A stretch of 64,000 nucleotides of DNA from Vicugna vicugna (taxonomy: Eukaryota), in the NCBI GenBank assembly GCA_013265495.1, contig MU058444.1:1240001-1304000 (forward strand), given 5' to 3'. The first letter of the stretch is position 1. Every line of letters begins with the position of its first letter. The notes under the pieces are model-generated. The model had not been told where the DNA came from, did not search any database, and saw only the letters and a program-made list of their open reading frames with translations. Positions 35,320 to 48,700 of the stretch are shown piece by piece. The position numbers and the translations under genes are program-made.

Positions 35320-38300
35320 CTGAAATGGAAAACACAAGGCAAGAAAAATAGATGACTGTTAAATCATCAAACTGGCTTATCTGAAAACTCAAACAATTTC
35401 ATGTTGTCGGATTAAGTCGTCAGCCTAGAAAGTTAAGAAAGGCAAGAAATCAATACAATGACGTAATCCAGACATCAAGTTTACGTTACAAGCAACATGA
35501 GGTCATCTTTCTCTTACAACCCAATCATATTCAGTCTAATGATGATCAGAATCCAAAAAATAAATTTTTATTAATTAATAGAACTGTGGAGAAGGTGCCT
35601 CACTCAGAGTCGAAAGAACCCATTTGTTGAGTCATTCTATGTGTGATGATAAACTCACCATGGTTATTAGAATTCAAAAGAGCAGATCTTTGTATTCACA
35701 GGCTTCTACCAAGCACAGTCACACAGATGCCACACTCCATGCCCTGAAATTGCCGAGTGTGAATCCAGTTTCCTGGCATGTCCTAAGGAAGATGTGTCAT
35801 TTCTTTCTTTCTTATGTCACAGGCACAACCAACACCTATATACAGCTTCCCAAAGGACAGATGCCCTCGTGCTGTAGGACCTAATCCTTGAATTCCCTGA
35901 GAAGAGCCTGGTTCCAGCCCAGTGGAACATTCTGTTCTACCTTCTGCCAAATCTGAAATCACAGAGGGTATGAACTCTGGAACTTCTGTCCCTGAAATAA
36001 GTACCATGGACACACCGTCTTCAGAAGGACACTAGGTTAAAACAAGAAAAGTAGACACTGACGTTCTCAACTTCACATTGCAATTAAAATTAGACGGAGG
36101 CTCCATCATTTCAGACTGAACAAACAAAACCTCCGGGTATCTCTGAGCCCAGTGAGACGTGGATAACCGATCATCAAAGTCTTCAAATGGAGAGCTGATG
36201 GAATTGACCTAGATCAGCAGGAACTATACTTCCAAGGTGCTTTTTTTGTTTTTTGTTTTTTGTTTTTTGTCTTGTCTTTCATAAGGGATGATGAACTTGG
36301 GCTAACCAGTTCGTATAGTCTCACTGTCCTGGTAACAGTCACGGGCATATAGTGATAAAGTGCTGCTTTGGATACAGGACCCAGGTTGATTCCATCACAC
36401 AGAGAAATGCTCCCTGGCCCTTTTAGGGTCCAGAGCTGTTATTTAGTTTTCAGAGCATTCTGTGCTGACGAACTCAGCAAAAGGAATCCAGATGGTCCCT
36501 GTTACAATGTTTACACACCACCCTCCCCAATTTCCATGAAATCGGACAATTCAATAAGCAGAAATTAACCAAGGAGAAAAAGAATTTCTCCTTCCAGCAT
36601 CTCCTCAGCAGGCTGTGATACATGTGGTCGGGAGGGTGGAGGGCTGAGCGGGGATGCACAGGGTTCCTCAACTTGAGGCTCAGTTTTGGATGATAATCAC
36701 GAAATCATGCCTCGTTTGCAGGACGGACATCATTTCAACCTGGCAATAAAGGACCGGAATGGCAGGGGAAGGTAGAGAACATCAGACATGCTCACTCCTT
36801 TTTCTTCTTTCCTCCAGTCCTAAAACTACAGGAATGAAAAAACCAACAACAAAACGAGGCAATCTTAAACCACAAGGTCTCAATATCATGGATTGTTTCC
36901 CATAAGTGCCTTTTCAACAGCAATTAGTCTGGGGCATCCATGGATGAAGAGCACTGCTTTATTAAACAGCAATATTTCACCCCCCTCTAAGAAAATAAAC
37001 CTAATGTTTTTTTAAAGGTGATGACAATACCCTGAGTACAATGAAAGATCCTGGGACCTCAGTCTGCATGACTACTGTAGCTAGCAGGAGTGACAAGCAA
37101 AGAAATTACAGTATAAACCCCCACCAGTTTATGGCCATTTCAGTCAAAACAGAATATGTGCTCACTGGATAATATTTTAGATTTCTTCTTGAATCTAATG
37201 CTACTCTTTTGTCTTTCTAGACACGGGTATGTATCCCCTCTACCCAAACACCAGAGAAATCAGAAGAAAGTTAAAACGTGTTCAGTAAATGCCAAGAGTA
37301 ACAATTTCCCCTTTTCAACACCGTATAAATAAATAAACAATAGAGTCAAGAGAGACTTGTTGAGTGTTTGTGACATAAGAGCCCTCTCTTGGTATCTTTA
37401 GTCTCTTTCTGGGCATTACTCTGTACTGACTTTTCTAAGCAGCTCAGCTTTACGTAAATAATGCAATGCTCGCTGTGCAAATCCACCCAAATGTACAGGC
37501 ACATAGAATTCAGTGACTCTTCCCCCACCTCATGCCTCTTCTCAGACAGTCCCCTACCACATGCTCTCTGCTCCAAACTCTCTTACCATTCCCATCTAAT
37601 TGGTACATTTATCATGGGTTCTACTTTGGTGTATACCCAATACCCAGCCCTAGCCTGTGCTAAATAATTACTTGGGGATCATTATCACTGAATCTCTTCC
37701 ATCATTGGCTTCATTAAAATTGTCACCTTTTCCCATCCAGTCTATTGCTCTAGCTCCCTCAAGTATCCTCCCTAATCTTGTTTTCCCATGACCCAAATCC
37801 TTCAGCCTACTACACTTCTTTAGTAGCAAGCATTACTTACCCCATCCCCCTCACCTCCCAACTCAGCCAATCAGAGTTCTTAGGATTCACCTGGCTTCCT
37901 CCCATAAGGTTGGTCAAATTTCTTCCTTCTATACTCCCAGTAACTATGGGACAGAGGAAAGAGAAATTTCTGCCCACATAAGGCTCATCTTAGCACTGGT
38001 TTTTACAATGGGTGGACCTGAGGCTGACCACTGGGTGGCCAAGGAAGTCCTCCCTCCCTGAGGAGAGTCACCACATGTCATCCCACCTTCATCCACAAAA
38101 CTGTCAGAACCCATGGGGTATTACCCCACATGCTAGCTAGTAAGGAACACTGCCACTGTTTCCTGGAAGCTGGCGGAAGATATGCGACTCTTGAATCAGA
38201 GACCTTTTCACCTTCACAGCAGTAGCCGGACCACCACCATTTTCTTGCATCAAATTCCCTGAGCCTTGCAGGAGCTGTGCTTGGGGAACCCGAGCATGTC

Positions 38301-38560
38301 ATCATGGGCAGTAAGCACGCCTGCCCTTTGCTCCAGGAAGACACACTGCCTCTAATACCCACGGCTGCCGGCTACACAAACATCTTGAGAAGGTACCTCC
38401 AAAGGGAGCCAATAAGACACGCAGACATGTGAGAGAGCCACCAAGAGCTGTTTCTCCACACTGTTGTCGTCCTCAATCAAAACTCTTCCTCATTATCCAA
38501 GATTCAACTGACAATCTACTCAAGAAAGACTCTTCTGACCTCCCCATCTAGAATTAAGTA

Positions 38561-38817
38561 CAGCGGATCCCTGAACAACGTAGCAGTTAAGGGCACGAGC
38601 CCTCCATGCAGTCAAAAGTGTGTGTATAACATACAGCTGGCCTCCCGTGTATATGCAGTTCCCTCCTATCCACAGTTCTTCCCTAGCTGTGGTTCTCCAC
38701 CTGCGGATTCAGCCAACCGCACATCACATCCGGCAGGACTGTATATTTACTACAGGAAAAAATCCACGTGTAAGTGGACCCGGGCAGCCCAAACCTGTGT
38801 TGCTCAAGGGTCAACCG
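38561..38817. mobile_element. Tigger2-derived MITE (TcMar-Tigger)
   Basis: TIRs cagcggatccctgaacaac and gttgctcaagggtcaaccg, 5' TA target site, internal aaaaaatccacgtgtaagtggacc. Confidence 0.8.
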
Positions 38818-39250
38818 TCATTTCATTTCTATGACCCTATAACATCTGTAGAGATTTTAAAATATATCTGTAATTCCTTCTCTGTCTGCCAACTTCCCAT
38901 TTTTGGTTATAAACCTTCAGAATGGACACATAGTAAGCACTTGACTAACACTGTTATGAATGAATGAATGAATTCACACCTAAAATTTACCGAAGTAATG
39001 TTGACCTTTCCTCTATACAACACATATTAGCCAGCATTATTTTAGTTACTGAATATATGGAAATGAGCCAAGCAAACAGAAATCTCTAGCCGTAACAAGT
39101 TTACAGTTTAGTGACACAGGGACCTCTGGGCGGCCTTCTGAGAGTGGGGGCAGTTGAGGGGTTGGCATTTTTCTTACACACTGAGTATATGAGAGTTGAC
39201 GAATGACTTGTATTAAGTTCCAAGGAATTGCGTTTTTAAAAAGTAGTCTG

Positions 39251-39493
39251 TTTCTGTTTTGTAGATGAGTTCATAATGTCCTTTTGTCTCTTTTCTTTTT
39301 TTTAGATTCCACATAAGAGTGATATCATGTGGCATTTTTCTTTCTCTTTCTGGCTGACTTCACTCAGAATGACGATCTCGCAGACTTAGGAAACACTCAT
39401 GGTTACTGGGGAAAAGGGAGTGGGAACGGATAAATTTGAGAGTTTGAGATTTGCAAGTGTTAAACACTATATATAAAAATAGATTTTTTTTTT
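39251..39493. mobile_element. 5'-inverted (twin-primed) L1 3'UTR fragment with TSD
   Basis: Minus-orientation segment to about 39378, then plus-orientation segment from 39379; 13-bp TSD aaaaagtagtctg at 39238-39250 and 39494-39506. Confidence 0.88.
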
Positions 39494-42400
39494 AAAAAGT
39501 AGTCTGCAGAAATGGGCACCACCATCTTTAAACAGGTCTATGGTCTCAATTTATTTTTATGGCATTAAAAGCCCCGTCACTGAGCTCCTTGTATCCTGTG
39601 TAACGTGGAGCAGTGTGTGATACTAGTGAAAACACAAAAGCTGTATTATCCAGAGTGAGGGTTTCAAAAAGCCACGTTATATGGGCTGAGTGTGTGCCCG
39701 CATTTGGCATCAAATTTCTAATGGTTCACTTCCATAGAAGAGCAACAAAAGCAACACTATCTTGCATTTATACGTCGCTTTATTATTGTAAAGCACTTTT
39801 CTATCTACGTTTCATCTGCGAAGCTACTCTGTGAGGCAAGCAGCCTGAAAGAGGAATTAAATGACTTTCTAAGGTTACCCAGCTACGTTCCCCGGCTCCT
39901 GTTTTCATTTTCTTTAGGATGAGAATACATCACCAATTATTGAGCTTCGGTTGAAAAAACAAATAATGAACCATTCTTTTAGGCAAAACATAAATGCGCT
40001 CCTTCAACTCACATTTTTCAATTTTACATAAAATTAAATGGAAGGTGTCTTTTGATGGGACTTTCTCTGAAATTGTTAAGGAACACGTGTGTGTGTGTGT
40101 GTATATGTTATTATATTATATGTGTTTTATATATACTATAGCACACACATATATATAATTTCCCAAGACGGGTGGTTTCTATGTACACAATTGACCCTCC
40201 TGGTGGTGACATATATGATTATTTATTATTCAGTCTACAAACACGACTTTTCTTCCCCTAGGAAAATGACACGATCCACAGTAGAAATTCCTAGACAGAA
40301 TCTTTTATGTTCTACTCACCTCATTTCTTGAGGAGTAATTCTATGTGCAAATAAAATCTTTATGGATATTGAAATATCTTGTTTCATAGCCAGTATTCCC
40401 CTGGAAAATGGCTACCATGGCCAAACCAAATGTTCCCACTACACAGAGGAAAAGTCTGAATCAGGAAATTGCATGATTTGCTTTTGAAATTAAACTGGAC
40501 TTTTTAAGGGGGCACTGGACGTCCATTTTTCTGAAAGAATCTAACTCTGCCATCTCATCTGAAATATGCACATTTTCCAGTAAAGTCTCCACACTGTGCT
40601 ATTTGTTATTTCCTAGAGTATTAATTTCTCTTTTAACCAAACAGTGTTGGAAACGCATAATGCACTGATGGAGTGGATGTTCACCGGAACCTTGGTTCTC
40701 TGGAGCAATCTAAAGATGGTTCTCTCCCTGGGGCCTTTCTAGGGTGAAGGGCTGAATCAGCAAAGCTGATATTTGGAACATTTCTTTCGGAATATTCATG
40801 CCCCAGCGTTGATTCAAAGGCAATCCTGGGCAGTTTAAGAAGAACTGATTTGTGGCCAAGTGAAAATAAGTTTGTAATACACAACTAAGCCATCTTATAC
40901 TCCTTGAACAACACATCATACTTTACTGAATCGAAAGGTAAAGGAAGGTGTCCACTTTACCTTTTAGCAACTTTTGCACATCCAGAAGGGATATGTGCAC
41001 TACTGTGTTCCCAACTGCATTCAGTCAGCATTTTAATTGAGATTCAAATCAAGTTCTAAAATGTGAACACTCCTCTGTACGTATGTGTAGTAATATCTGT
41101 TGTTGGCACTGGATGGAAAATCAGTGCTGGGTGTCCATGTAGAAATACAGCATGCTTAAATATGAATTCCCTCTGAAAATCTATAAATTTTATGAACACT
41201 TAGATAAATCCAGAGGAGTCACACAAAAAGCATAAGAATATTATAAAAGGATCATCTATCCTATATGGCAGATTGAAATGTATTTATTGAAATAAAAAAT
41301 AAGGCTCTTAACATCTGCACCACATAAAGCCACTTCCCAGCTAAATAAGTCCCACTTTTAAAAGTGTCTTGAAGTAATAAATGCATACATATATATTTCA
41401 TAATTATCCGTTAATTATTCTTTTAACACAAGAACATAGCTGCATTTAAAGAAAACAGTGTATGAGGACTGAAAATAGAGAATGCTGAAACAGATAATGT
41501 GAACAGTTTAGGAAATGAATATGGTGATAAAATAATAGAAACAAAATGAAAGTAAGACAAAGCACATATAAGGAGAAACAAATAGAAGAATTCAAGAACA
41601 GTAACTTTTAATGCAAGAATTTAATAAACTAATCAGCAGAGGCATCAACAAAAACATAGAAGTTCAAAAAAGAACAACTTCAACGCACTGATAGAGCGTG
41701 CACAGTTACATTTCTTTAAATGGTGGCTGTAACTGACATTATTGAGTTTCAAGAAATGAAATTATTTATTCCTGCATTCAAGGCAACTTAAGAATAAAAA
41801 CAAAATAAACTTGATGGAAAAGTCCGCCAACCAGATCTATAAATTTTTCATTACTATTATCAGTGTTACTGTATTAAAGCGTAGGATAGTAATGAAAGTG
41901 TTAATTAGAAAATCACGAGAAGAAGTTTGACTTGAAATATTTTATGTATGAAAAGTTTCCTTTTCCTCAGGGTCTTCACTAATAACATTTTTATGAAACC
42001 GCTAAAATTGTTTTGCTTTCCATAAACACAGAAGCAGTCAAATTGATTGAAAATATGTGTATATATATTTGGGAGGGCTAAATCTCCCAGGATAAAATGT
42101 GATATATAATATGCCAAGTTCCATCACGGAAATATTTTTAGAATAAATTTCTGAAAAGAGTGGTTTAAAATAGAAAATGCCACTAACTATATTAAGCTAG
42201 TTATACAGGCAGCATGACCTTATAACCACAAAGTTTAAAAAACTATTGGGATGTATAAATTTGTCAGAGTTTTAGAGTTCATACTCGCAAATGTTACAGC
42301 AGTGCTTTTGCTGGAGAAGCCTGGCTTATTATTTGCTTAAGACACAATTCATTGCTTTAAATTCTTAAGTTGGGTTGTTATTACTGACAAAAAAGCAATA

Positions 42401-42864
42401 CATGACTTTTTAGTTATGCTATGTTGGTTGTATAACAATAGCAAATGGGAAAATCATATCATAGATGTGTTGAGTTTTCAGCTTTATAACAGTCTTCTTT
42501 TAAGTTCAATAATGCTATTCGGCCATCCACAGAATCCATTCAAACTCCGAATAAAAATGTTCAGATCTTAATGAAGCCTCTCCATCAAAAGACTCCTTTA
42601 TGTAATGTGCATTTTCTGATTGGCAAAAATCAGTCAAAATGCCTAAGCACTGGCATGGTTATACACATTAGTACCAAAACAGATTACCTAATTAATAAAC
42701 GATGGTGCCTCACACCTCACCACGTGTAAAGGGTTTTCGATACCTGTTACAAATGAACTGATGCGCACTAAAGATGGCAGAATAAGAGGTTGATGAAATA
42801 CTGCCGTGGGCTAGCGAGGTTAGGTGAAGTCTGCACCACTGGAAATGCTGATTTCTGTTACGAA

Positions 42865-43274
42865 TGGTGGTGTGCTGCTGCGGTGTGCTGCTCGGATACC
42901 CCTTCCAGGACTGAGATGTTCCAGAAGCTAGAGGTTGGGCAGCTGTTGGCATCTCCCTGAACCCTGCCTCAGGAATTGCTCTCAGCTAAAGTAAGCCACC
43001 TTCCCCCAAGTCATGTCCCCTCCCGGCGATCACCCCATGAGTGGATGATGGAGTGGCATAAAAGCCCAGCTCCTCTTCCCCAGGGAGGACAACTCAGCTC
43101 AGGAGAGGCCTGGGGGACTGACGGAGGCCTTTGGGGATGACCACATCACAGCCCGCTTCTCCCTCTGCTGGTCCCACCTCCCTCCCTTCCCCACAGGTAC
43201 TGAATCAAGGCCACAACCTCCTGCACACAAATCTGCATCTGAGACTTTGTCTCCTGGGAACCAGACCTAAGGAA
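42865..43274 (+). mobile_element. ERV-L LTR (LTR16-like), 5' LTR of a decayed provirus
   Basis: ggaattgctctcagctaaag, ggcataaaagcccagc and the end aacctcctgcacacaaatctgcatctgagactttgtctcctgggaaccagacctaag match recalled LTR16; followed by the PBS-like tggtgccagaag at 43277-43288. Confidence 0.8.
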
Positions 43275-43433
43275 GTTGGTGCCAGAAGGCAACTGAGGAA
43301 GCAGTCTCTAAAATGGGATTCGGGAGCTAGGTCATTTGCTGGTGATTTTTCAGCTGATTCTCATCCTTGGAAATAGCTGAGGACGCTACCAGTCCCTGGA
43401 AACCTGCAGCCATGTTTAGATTATTCAAAGATG

Positions 43434-43638
43434 TACTGGTTCCCAGTGCGGGTAGCTTTGCCCCACCAGGGGTATGTGGCCATGTCTGGAGTTATTTTTG
43501 GTTGTCATGTGGCACTGCTGGAATCTAGCTGGAAGAGATCAGGAATACCGCTAGACCTGTTACAGTGCACAGGACAGGCCTCCAGAACGGAGTTATGCCG
43601 CCCAAAACGTCTCGAGGTTCAGGCACGCTGAAAAATAC
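43434..43638 (+). mobile_element. MER20 hAT-Charlie MITE
   Basis: tttgccccaccagggg..tggccatgtctggag.tatttttggttgtca...tacagtgcacaggacaggcctcca...gcccaaaacgtc is collinear with recalled MER20. Confidence 0.85.
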
Positions 43639-44159
43639 AACTGAAATGAACCAAGGAGGCAGTTATCAGTTAGCCGAGGTTCATCACCTCTGCAGAAATC
43701 CCCTTGCCTGGCGTACATATCTGAGCCCATTTTCAGACCGAAAAACCAACTACCTAGAAAAAGCTGATTCCCACAAGGACGTTTCCAAGGGACCTGCAGT
43801 CAATCACTTGAGTAAGTCTACACTGTGCAAAGGGGATACCAAACATTCCAGCCTCCTGGACACAAGGTCCCAGTTGACATTAATACTTGGGGTGCAAAGT
43901 GTCATTACACCCCTTGTTAGAATGGAGAGTAGGAGGGCCACATAATAAACAGAGCCCTGGAGCCCTACATCCCTATGGTCATTTTCCAGTCCCTGGACGT
44001 ATCTTTGGAACAGACATATCTGACAGCCAGATCATCCTGGACCACACACTCATTCTTTGACCTATAATACAAGGCCTATCCTGGAGCTAGTTTTTATGTC
44101 ACATCGTGGGAGCAAGTGGAGGCTTTTGAGACTGTTCATTCCTCCCACTCAGCCAAGAC

Positions 44160-44298
44160 AGGAAGGAAGGAAGGGAGGGAGGGAGGGGGGAAAAAGAGAA
44201 GAAAAGAAAAGGAAAAAAAGAGGAAAAAAAGAAAAGTGAAAACAAAAGAAGAAAAGGAAAGGAACAGAAAGAAACAACAACAAAAAAAGAGGCAAAAG
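44160..44298. repeat. GA-rich low-complexity tract
   Basis: ggaaggaaggaagggagggagggaggggg followed by an A-rich purine run; explains the Lys/Arg-rich and Phe-rich ORFs here. Confidence 0.9.
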
Positions 44299-44396
44299 GC
44301 AATTTTGGGAGAACTAGGAAAATTGGCAGAGATTTTTGCCATCCTCAGGTACTTAGGTACTTGGATGCAGGCATGATGACCCCATCATAAACCCAT

Positions 44397-44744
44397 TTTT
44401 TTTTCAGTTTTATTGAGTTTGAACGGACAAAATTTTAAGACATTTAAAGTATACACTGTGATGTTTTGATATATGTACACATGGTGAAAGGATTTCCCCC
44501 ATCAAGTTAAGTAACACATGCATCACCTCTCATTTTTTTTTTTTTGGTAGGAATATTTAAGTCCTACCCTCTTAGCAAATTTCCATCACATAACACAGCG
44601 ATATCAACTACAGTCACCATGTCATACATTACACATGAGATCTTCAGACTGGATTCATCTTATAACTGAACGTCTGTACCCTTTACTGACCTCTCCCTGT
44701 TCTCCCCACCCTCTAGCCCCTGGTCACCATTTTTCTGCTCTCTG
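44397..44744 (-). mobile_element. L1 3' end inserted into ERV-L pol
   Basis: Reverse-orientation L1M 3'UTR (ttttattgag..atttaaagtatacactgtgatgttttgatatatg); TSD ataaacccat 44387-44396 and ataaatccat 44745-44754. Confidence 0.85.
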
Positions 44745-45951
44745 ATAAATCCATGTTAATCACCAGTACAACCTCTACCAAATCCCAAAGATGTTAAGAT
44801 TCTGAAGGTTGACAGTGGACTATCAAACTCAATTCCAATTGTAGTGTCTGCGCCAGCAGGTGGTATCTTTGCAAAAACAAATAAACTCTGCCTCAGGTAC
44901 AGGCATGTAGCCACTGATCGAGAGAGTCCATTCTTTTCTATACCTTAATGGGAAGGAAAACGTACACAATTTCCACTGTTCAGGACAAACAACGTCACAC
45001 ATTCACAGGATTTTCCCAGGGCTACAGTAACTCTCCCACCATCCACCATAATGTTTCAAGGGGTCTGAAATATCTGGACTTTCCTGCAGAACATTGCACT
45101 GATCCACCACATCAAAGAACAGTTCATCAAAATTCTAATGAGATGAAAAGCTACTCAATGAATGTGCCTTAAGAAATTATAAAAGTGATTCAGGGGACTT
45201 TGGGGTCATGTTTTTAATGCAGACATCTAAAAACAAACAAAACAAAATAAAAATGATCACTGAAACTCCGTACACAATTCAAAGTACCAAACAGTCTGAT
45301 GAACACCACAGCCAAGCCACCTCTGTAGGACACTGTGTTGGCCAAAATGTCAAGCATGACTATGACCACTCCTCCATTTCAGACTCAGGGCGGACAAACA
45401 GGAATCAAACATGGTGGTCTCTCACCATGAGTCCAAGTACGGGGGACTGGCTCCACAGCACAGCCACCTCCTCCAGGATCTCCTCCCCAGGTACATAGAT
45501 CAGTTAGATACTACTACTATCCAGGGAGGTACCACTATCTAAAGATCTCTAAGGATCCACTATCATCAATGACTGAACCTAGCACCCAAGACAAAAATCC
45601 AGCCTTCACTGACTCCTCTATAAAACGGAGTTCATGATAGTTACACAGAGCATGGGCAAAGACAAGCATAGTGCTGTACACACAATAGCCATGAGGCAAA
45701 TCAGAGGCGCCGGTAATCACTGTTCTGTTCATTTACTCATTCACTTAGTTCTGACTGGACACAATATATGCAAGACCGTATGGTAGAACTTGGTCTAAGA
45801 AAAGAAAGCCCATTTTGGTACAGAGATCAATTTTAAAGAGTTATTCTACTGAAAACATTCCCAAAATAAAACCTTAGTTCCTCGAGTAGCTTTGTTTCTA
45901 ACACCACTATGGAAGTAAATCTTAGACGTCTCCTAAAAAAATGAAGGTGTA

Positions 45952-46517
45952 GTCAAGACATGGAAGCAGCCTAAATGTCCATCAGATGGCCAGATGACTG
46001 GATAAAGATGATGTGGTATATATGCAATGGAGTACTACTCAGCCATAAAAAAGAATGACACAATGTCATTTGCAGCAACATGGATGAACCTGGAGATCAT
46101 CATACTAAGTGAAGTCAGCCAGAAAGAGAAAGAAAAATACCATATGATATCACTTATACGTGGAATCTTTAAAAAAAAAGATACGAACTTATTTACAAAA
46201 CTGAAACAGACTCACAGATACAGAAGACAAACTTACAGTTACCAGAGGGTAAAGGGGGAAGATAGCAGGATAAATTGGGAGTTTGAGACTTGCAGATACT
46301 AACTACTATATATAAAATCGATAAACAACAAGTTTCTTCTGTACAGCACAGGGAACTATACTCAATATCTTGTAATAGCCTATAATGAAAACAAATATGA
46401 AAAGGAATATATTTACATGTATATATATAACTGAATCACTATGCTGTACATCAGAAATTAACACAACATTGTAAGTCAACTATACGTCAATACAAAAAGC
46501 AAAGAGAAAAAGACTAC
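45952..46517 (+). mobile_element. L1 3' fragment with TSD, followed by a second short L1 3' end (about 46534-46632)
   Basis: ORF 46027..46302 MEYYSAIKKNDTMSFAATWMNLEIIILSEVSQ is the standard L1 end; TSD aaaaaatgaaggtgta / aaaaaatgatggtgta. Confidence 0.92.
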
Positions 46518-47825
46518 AAAAAATGATGGTGTACACGTATGTACATGTATAACTGAGTCGCTTTGCCATACACACAAAACTAACATTGTAAATGGACTAC
46601 AGTTCAATAAAAAATAAGAATTAAAAAAAAAATGAAAGCACGGTAAGTCAGCCACCGTGGTGGCGAAAAAATCCTGGAGACAAACCACTGGGCTCTCCCA
46701 TGTTCTGATGCTCAGAACTGAGAAAATCACTTAATTACTCATCCTCATTCTCCTCTGTTTAAAGTGGGAATTTGACTCTTTTCTGAGTACTTTTGTTTGT
46801 TTGTTTTTTGTTTTTGTTTGGTTTTTTTGTGAAGATTAAATAAGACTGAAAATAGCAAGCATTTATGTAGCACAGTGCTTGATCAATGTTTACCTTCTGC
46901 CCTTCTTCAGGCTCCCCTGAAGACATGAGAAGTATTTTCTAATACTCTGAAAGCAGGCTAGCTTAAAAGTTTCCCATTTATCATTTTACAATGTACCTAC
47001 TTGTTTAAAATGTACAATGAAAGGAATTATTGTTGATAGCCGATTACCTGACATAATCAGAAATAATCCCTGGAAATTATTCAAGGTCTTTCAGCAAGGA
47101 GCTCAAAATACTTTAGAGACATTAGCCCACTTTGGAGCCTGCCAACAATTTTATCCCCTTCCAGCGCCGACACCCCCGACTCCACCCATCCTGTTCCACT
47201 TGGCACTGTCAACCTCAGTTTGGACCTTTAAGAGGCAACAGAGAGGTACTCACTTCATCAGGAGAGTAAATAAGAGCTCATATTCAAACCTGGCAGCCTG
47301 GTGCTATAAATGAGCGTGGCGGTCACAGCTATTTATTTGTTGGAAATGTTTTTATGGAAAAAATATGAATGTAAAAGGCAAATTAAATACAGTAATAATT
47401 CTGACTGGCATCACAGGCTGAGAAACCAGAGTACCAGAAACAGCCCTCTCTCTCCTCTTCACAAGCAAGATCTTAATTTCTTCTTTCACCCCAGGGAGAC
47501 TCCTTTCAAATTCCAAGAGTGGTTTGGGGTTATAGAAGATCTACATTTTTTTTTAACATAGATCTTGTGGAATCCAGAGCTGGCAGATGAATGGTTAGAC
47601 ATTCATCCCACAGCAATAAGGTTTCAGTTGACCCCCACCCTTCAGCCAAAGAGATTTTGCAATGCCTTCAAGTAACTCAATTACTCATTTTGTCATTATT
47701 CTTGGAGTACATTGTTACTCCAAGTGCCACTATATTTAATGAAATGTAGAAGCTTCTTGACTTCAAAATCTGTCAGAACTTTTAGAAACCACATCAGTTG
47801 GGACATTCAAATATAAGGGTAATGA

Positions 47826-48420
47826 AATCAAAACAATGAGGTATCACCTCACACCAGTCAAAATGGTCATCACTGAAAAGTCCACAAACAATAAACGCTG
47901 GGGAGGGCATGGAGAAAACGGAACCCTCCTACACTGCTAGTGGGAATGCAGTTTCATGCAGCCACGATGGAGAACAGTAAGGAAGTTCCTAAAAAAACTT
48001 AAAATGGACTTACCATATGATCCAGCAAGCCCGCCCTTGAGCATATATTTGAGGAAACTCTAATTCGAAAAGATACAAGCACCCTATTGTTCACAGCAGC
48101 ACTGTTTACAACAGCCAAGACATGGAAGCAACCTAAATGTCCATCGACAGATGACTGGATAAAGAAGAGGTGGTATATTTATACAATGGAATACTAGTCA
48201 GCCATAAAAAAGAATTATGCCATGTGCAGCAACATGGATGGACCTGGAGATTGTCATACTAAGCGAAGTAAGTCAGACAAAGAAAAATGCCATATGATAC
48301 CACTCATATGTGGAATCTAAAAAAAAAAGAATGACACAAATGAACTCATTTACAAAACAGAAACAGACTCACAGACATAGAAAATAAACTATGGTTACCA
48401 GTGGGAGAAGCGGGTAAGGA
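47826..48420 (+). mobile_element. L1 ORF2 C-terminus plus partial 3'UTR
   Basis: acaatgaggtatcacctcacaccagtcaaaatgg...ttaccatatgatccagcaa...atggaatactagtcagccataaaaaag. Confidence 0.9.
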
Positions 48421-48514
48421 GTGATATATTTTATCAATTTTGTAGTTGATGATGGTGGACTGATACTGAAGCATAATCACATAGATTTTTTTTTTAAGGT
48501 GACATAAGATAGAG

Positions 48515-48700
48515 CAGTGGTTCTCAAACTCCGGTCCTCGGAACGGAAGCACCGCCATCATCTGTGAGCTGGTTAGACCTGCAAATTCATGGCCCAACCT
48601 GACCCAGGGAATCAGAATCTCTGGAGAAGGTCCCAGGAAACCGTGTTAACACTAAGCTCTACAGGGGATTCACAGGCACGTTAAAAGTCGAGAAATACCA
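48515..48700. mobile_element. MER5A hAT-Charlie MITE
   Basis: cagtggttctcaaact...catcatctgtgagctggttagacctgcaaattc...gaatcagaatctctgg. Confidence 0.8.

Larger units (their letters stand above)
43275..45210 (+). mobile_element. ERV-L internal remnant (degenerate protease and RT), interrupted by MER20, a GA-rich tract and an L1
   Basis: LLDTRSQLTLI at 43853-43885 is a retropepsin LLDTG-type motif; ORF 44948..45172 contains HTFTGFSQGYSNSPTIHHNV, matching the RT motif YTFTVLPQGY.NSP; many frameshifts and stops. Confidence 0.8.

Noticed and set aside
44057..44376. Lys/Arg-rich and Phe-rich ORFs
   Set aside because: Translations of a GA-rich low-complexity tract.
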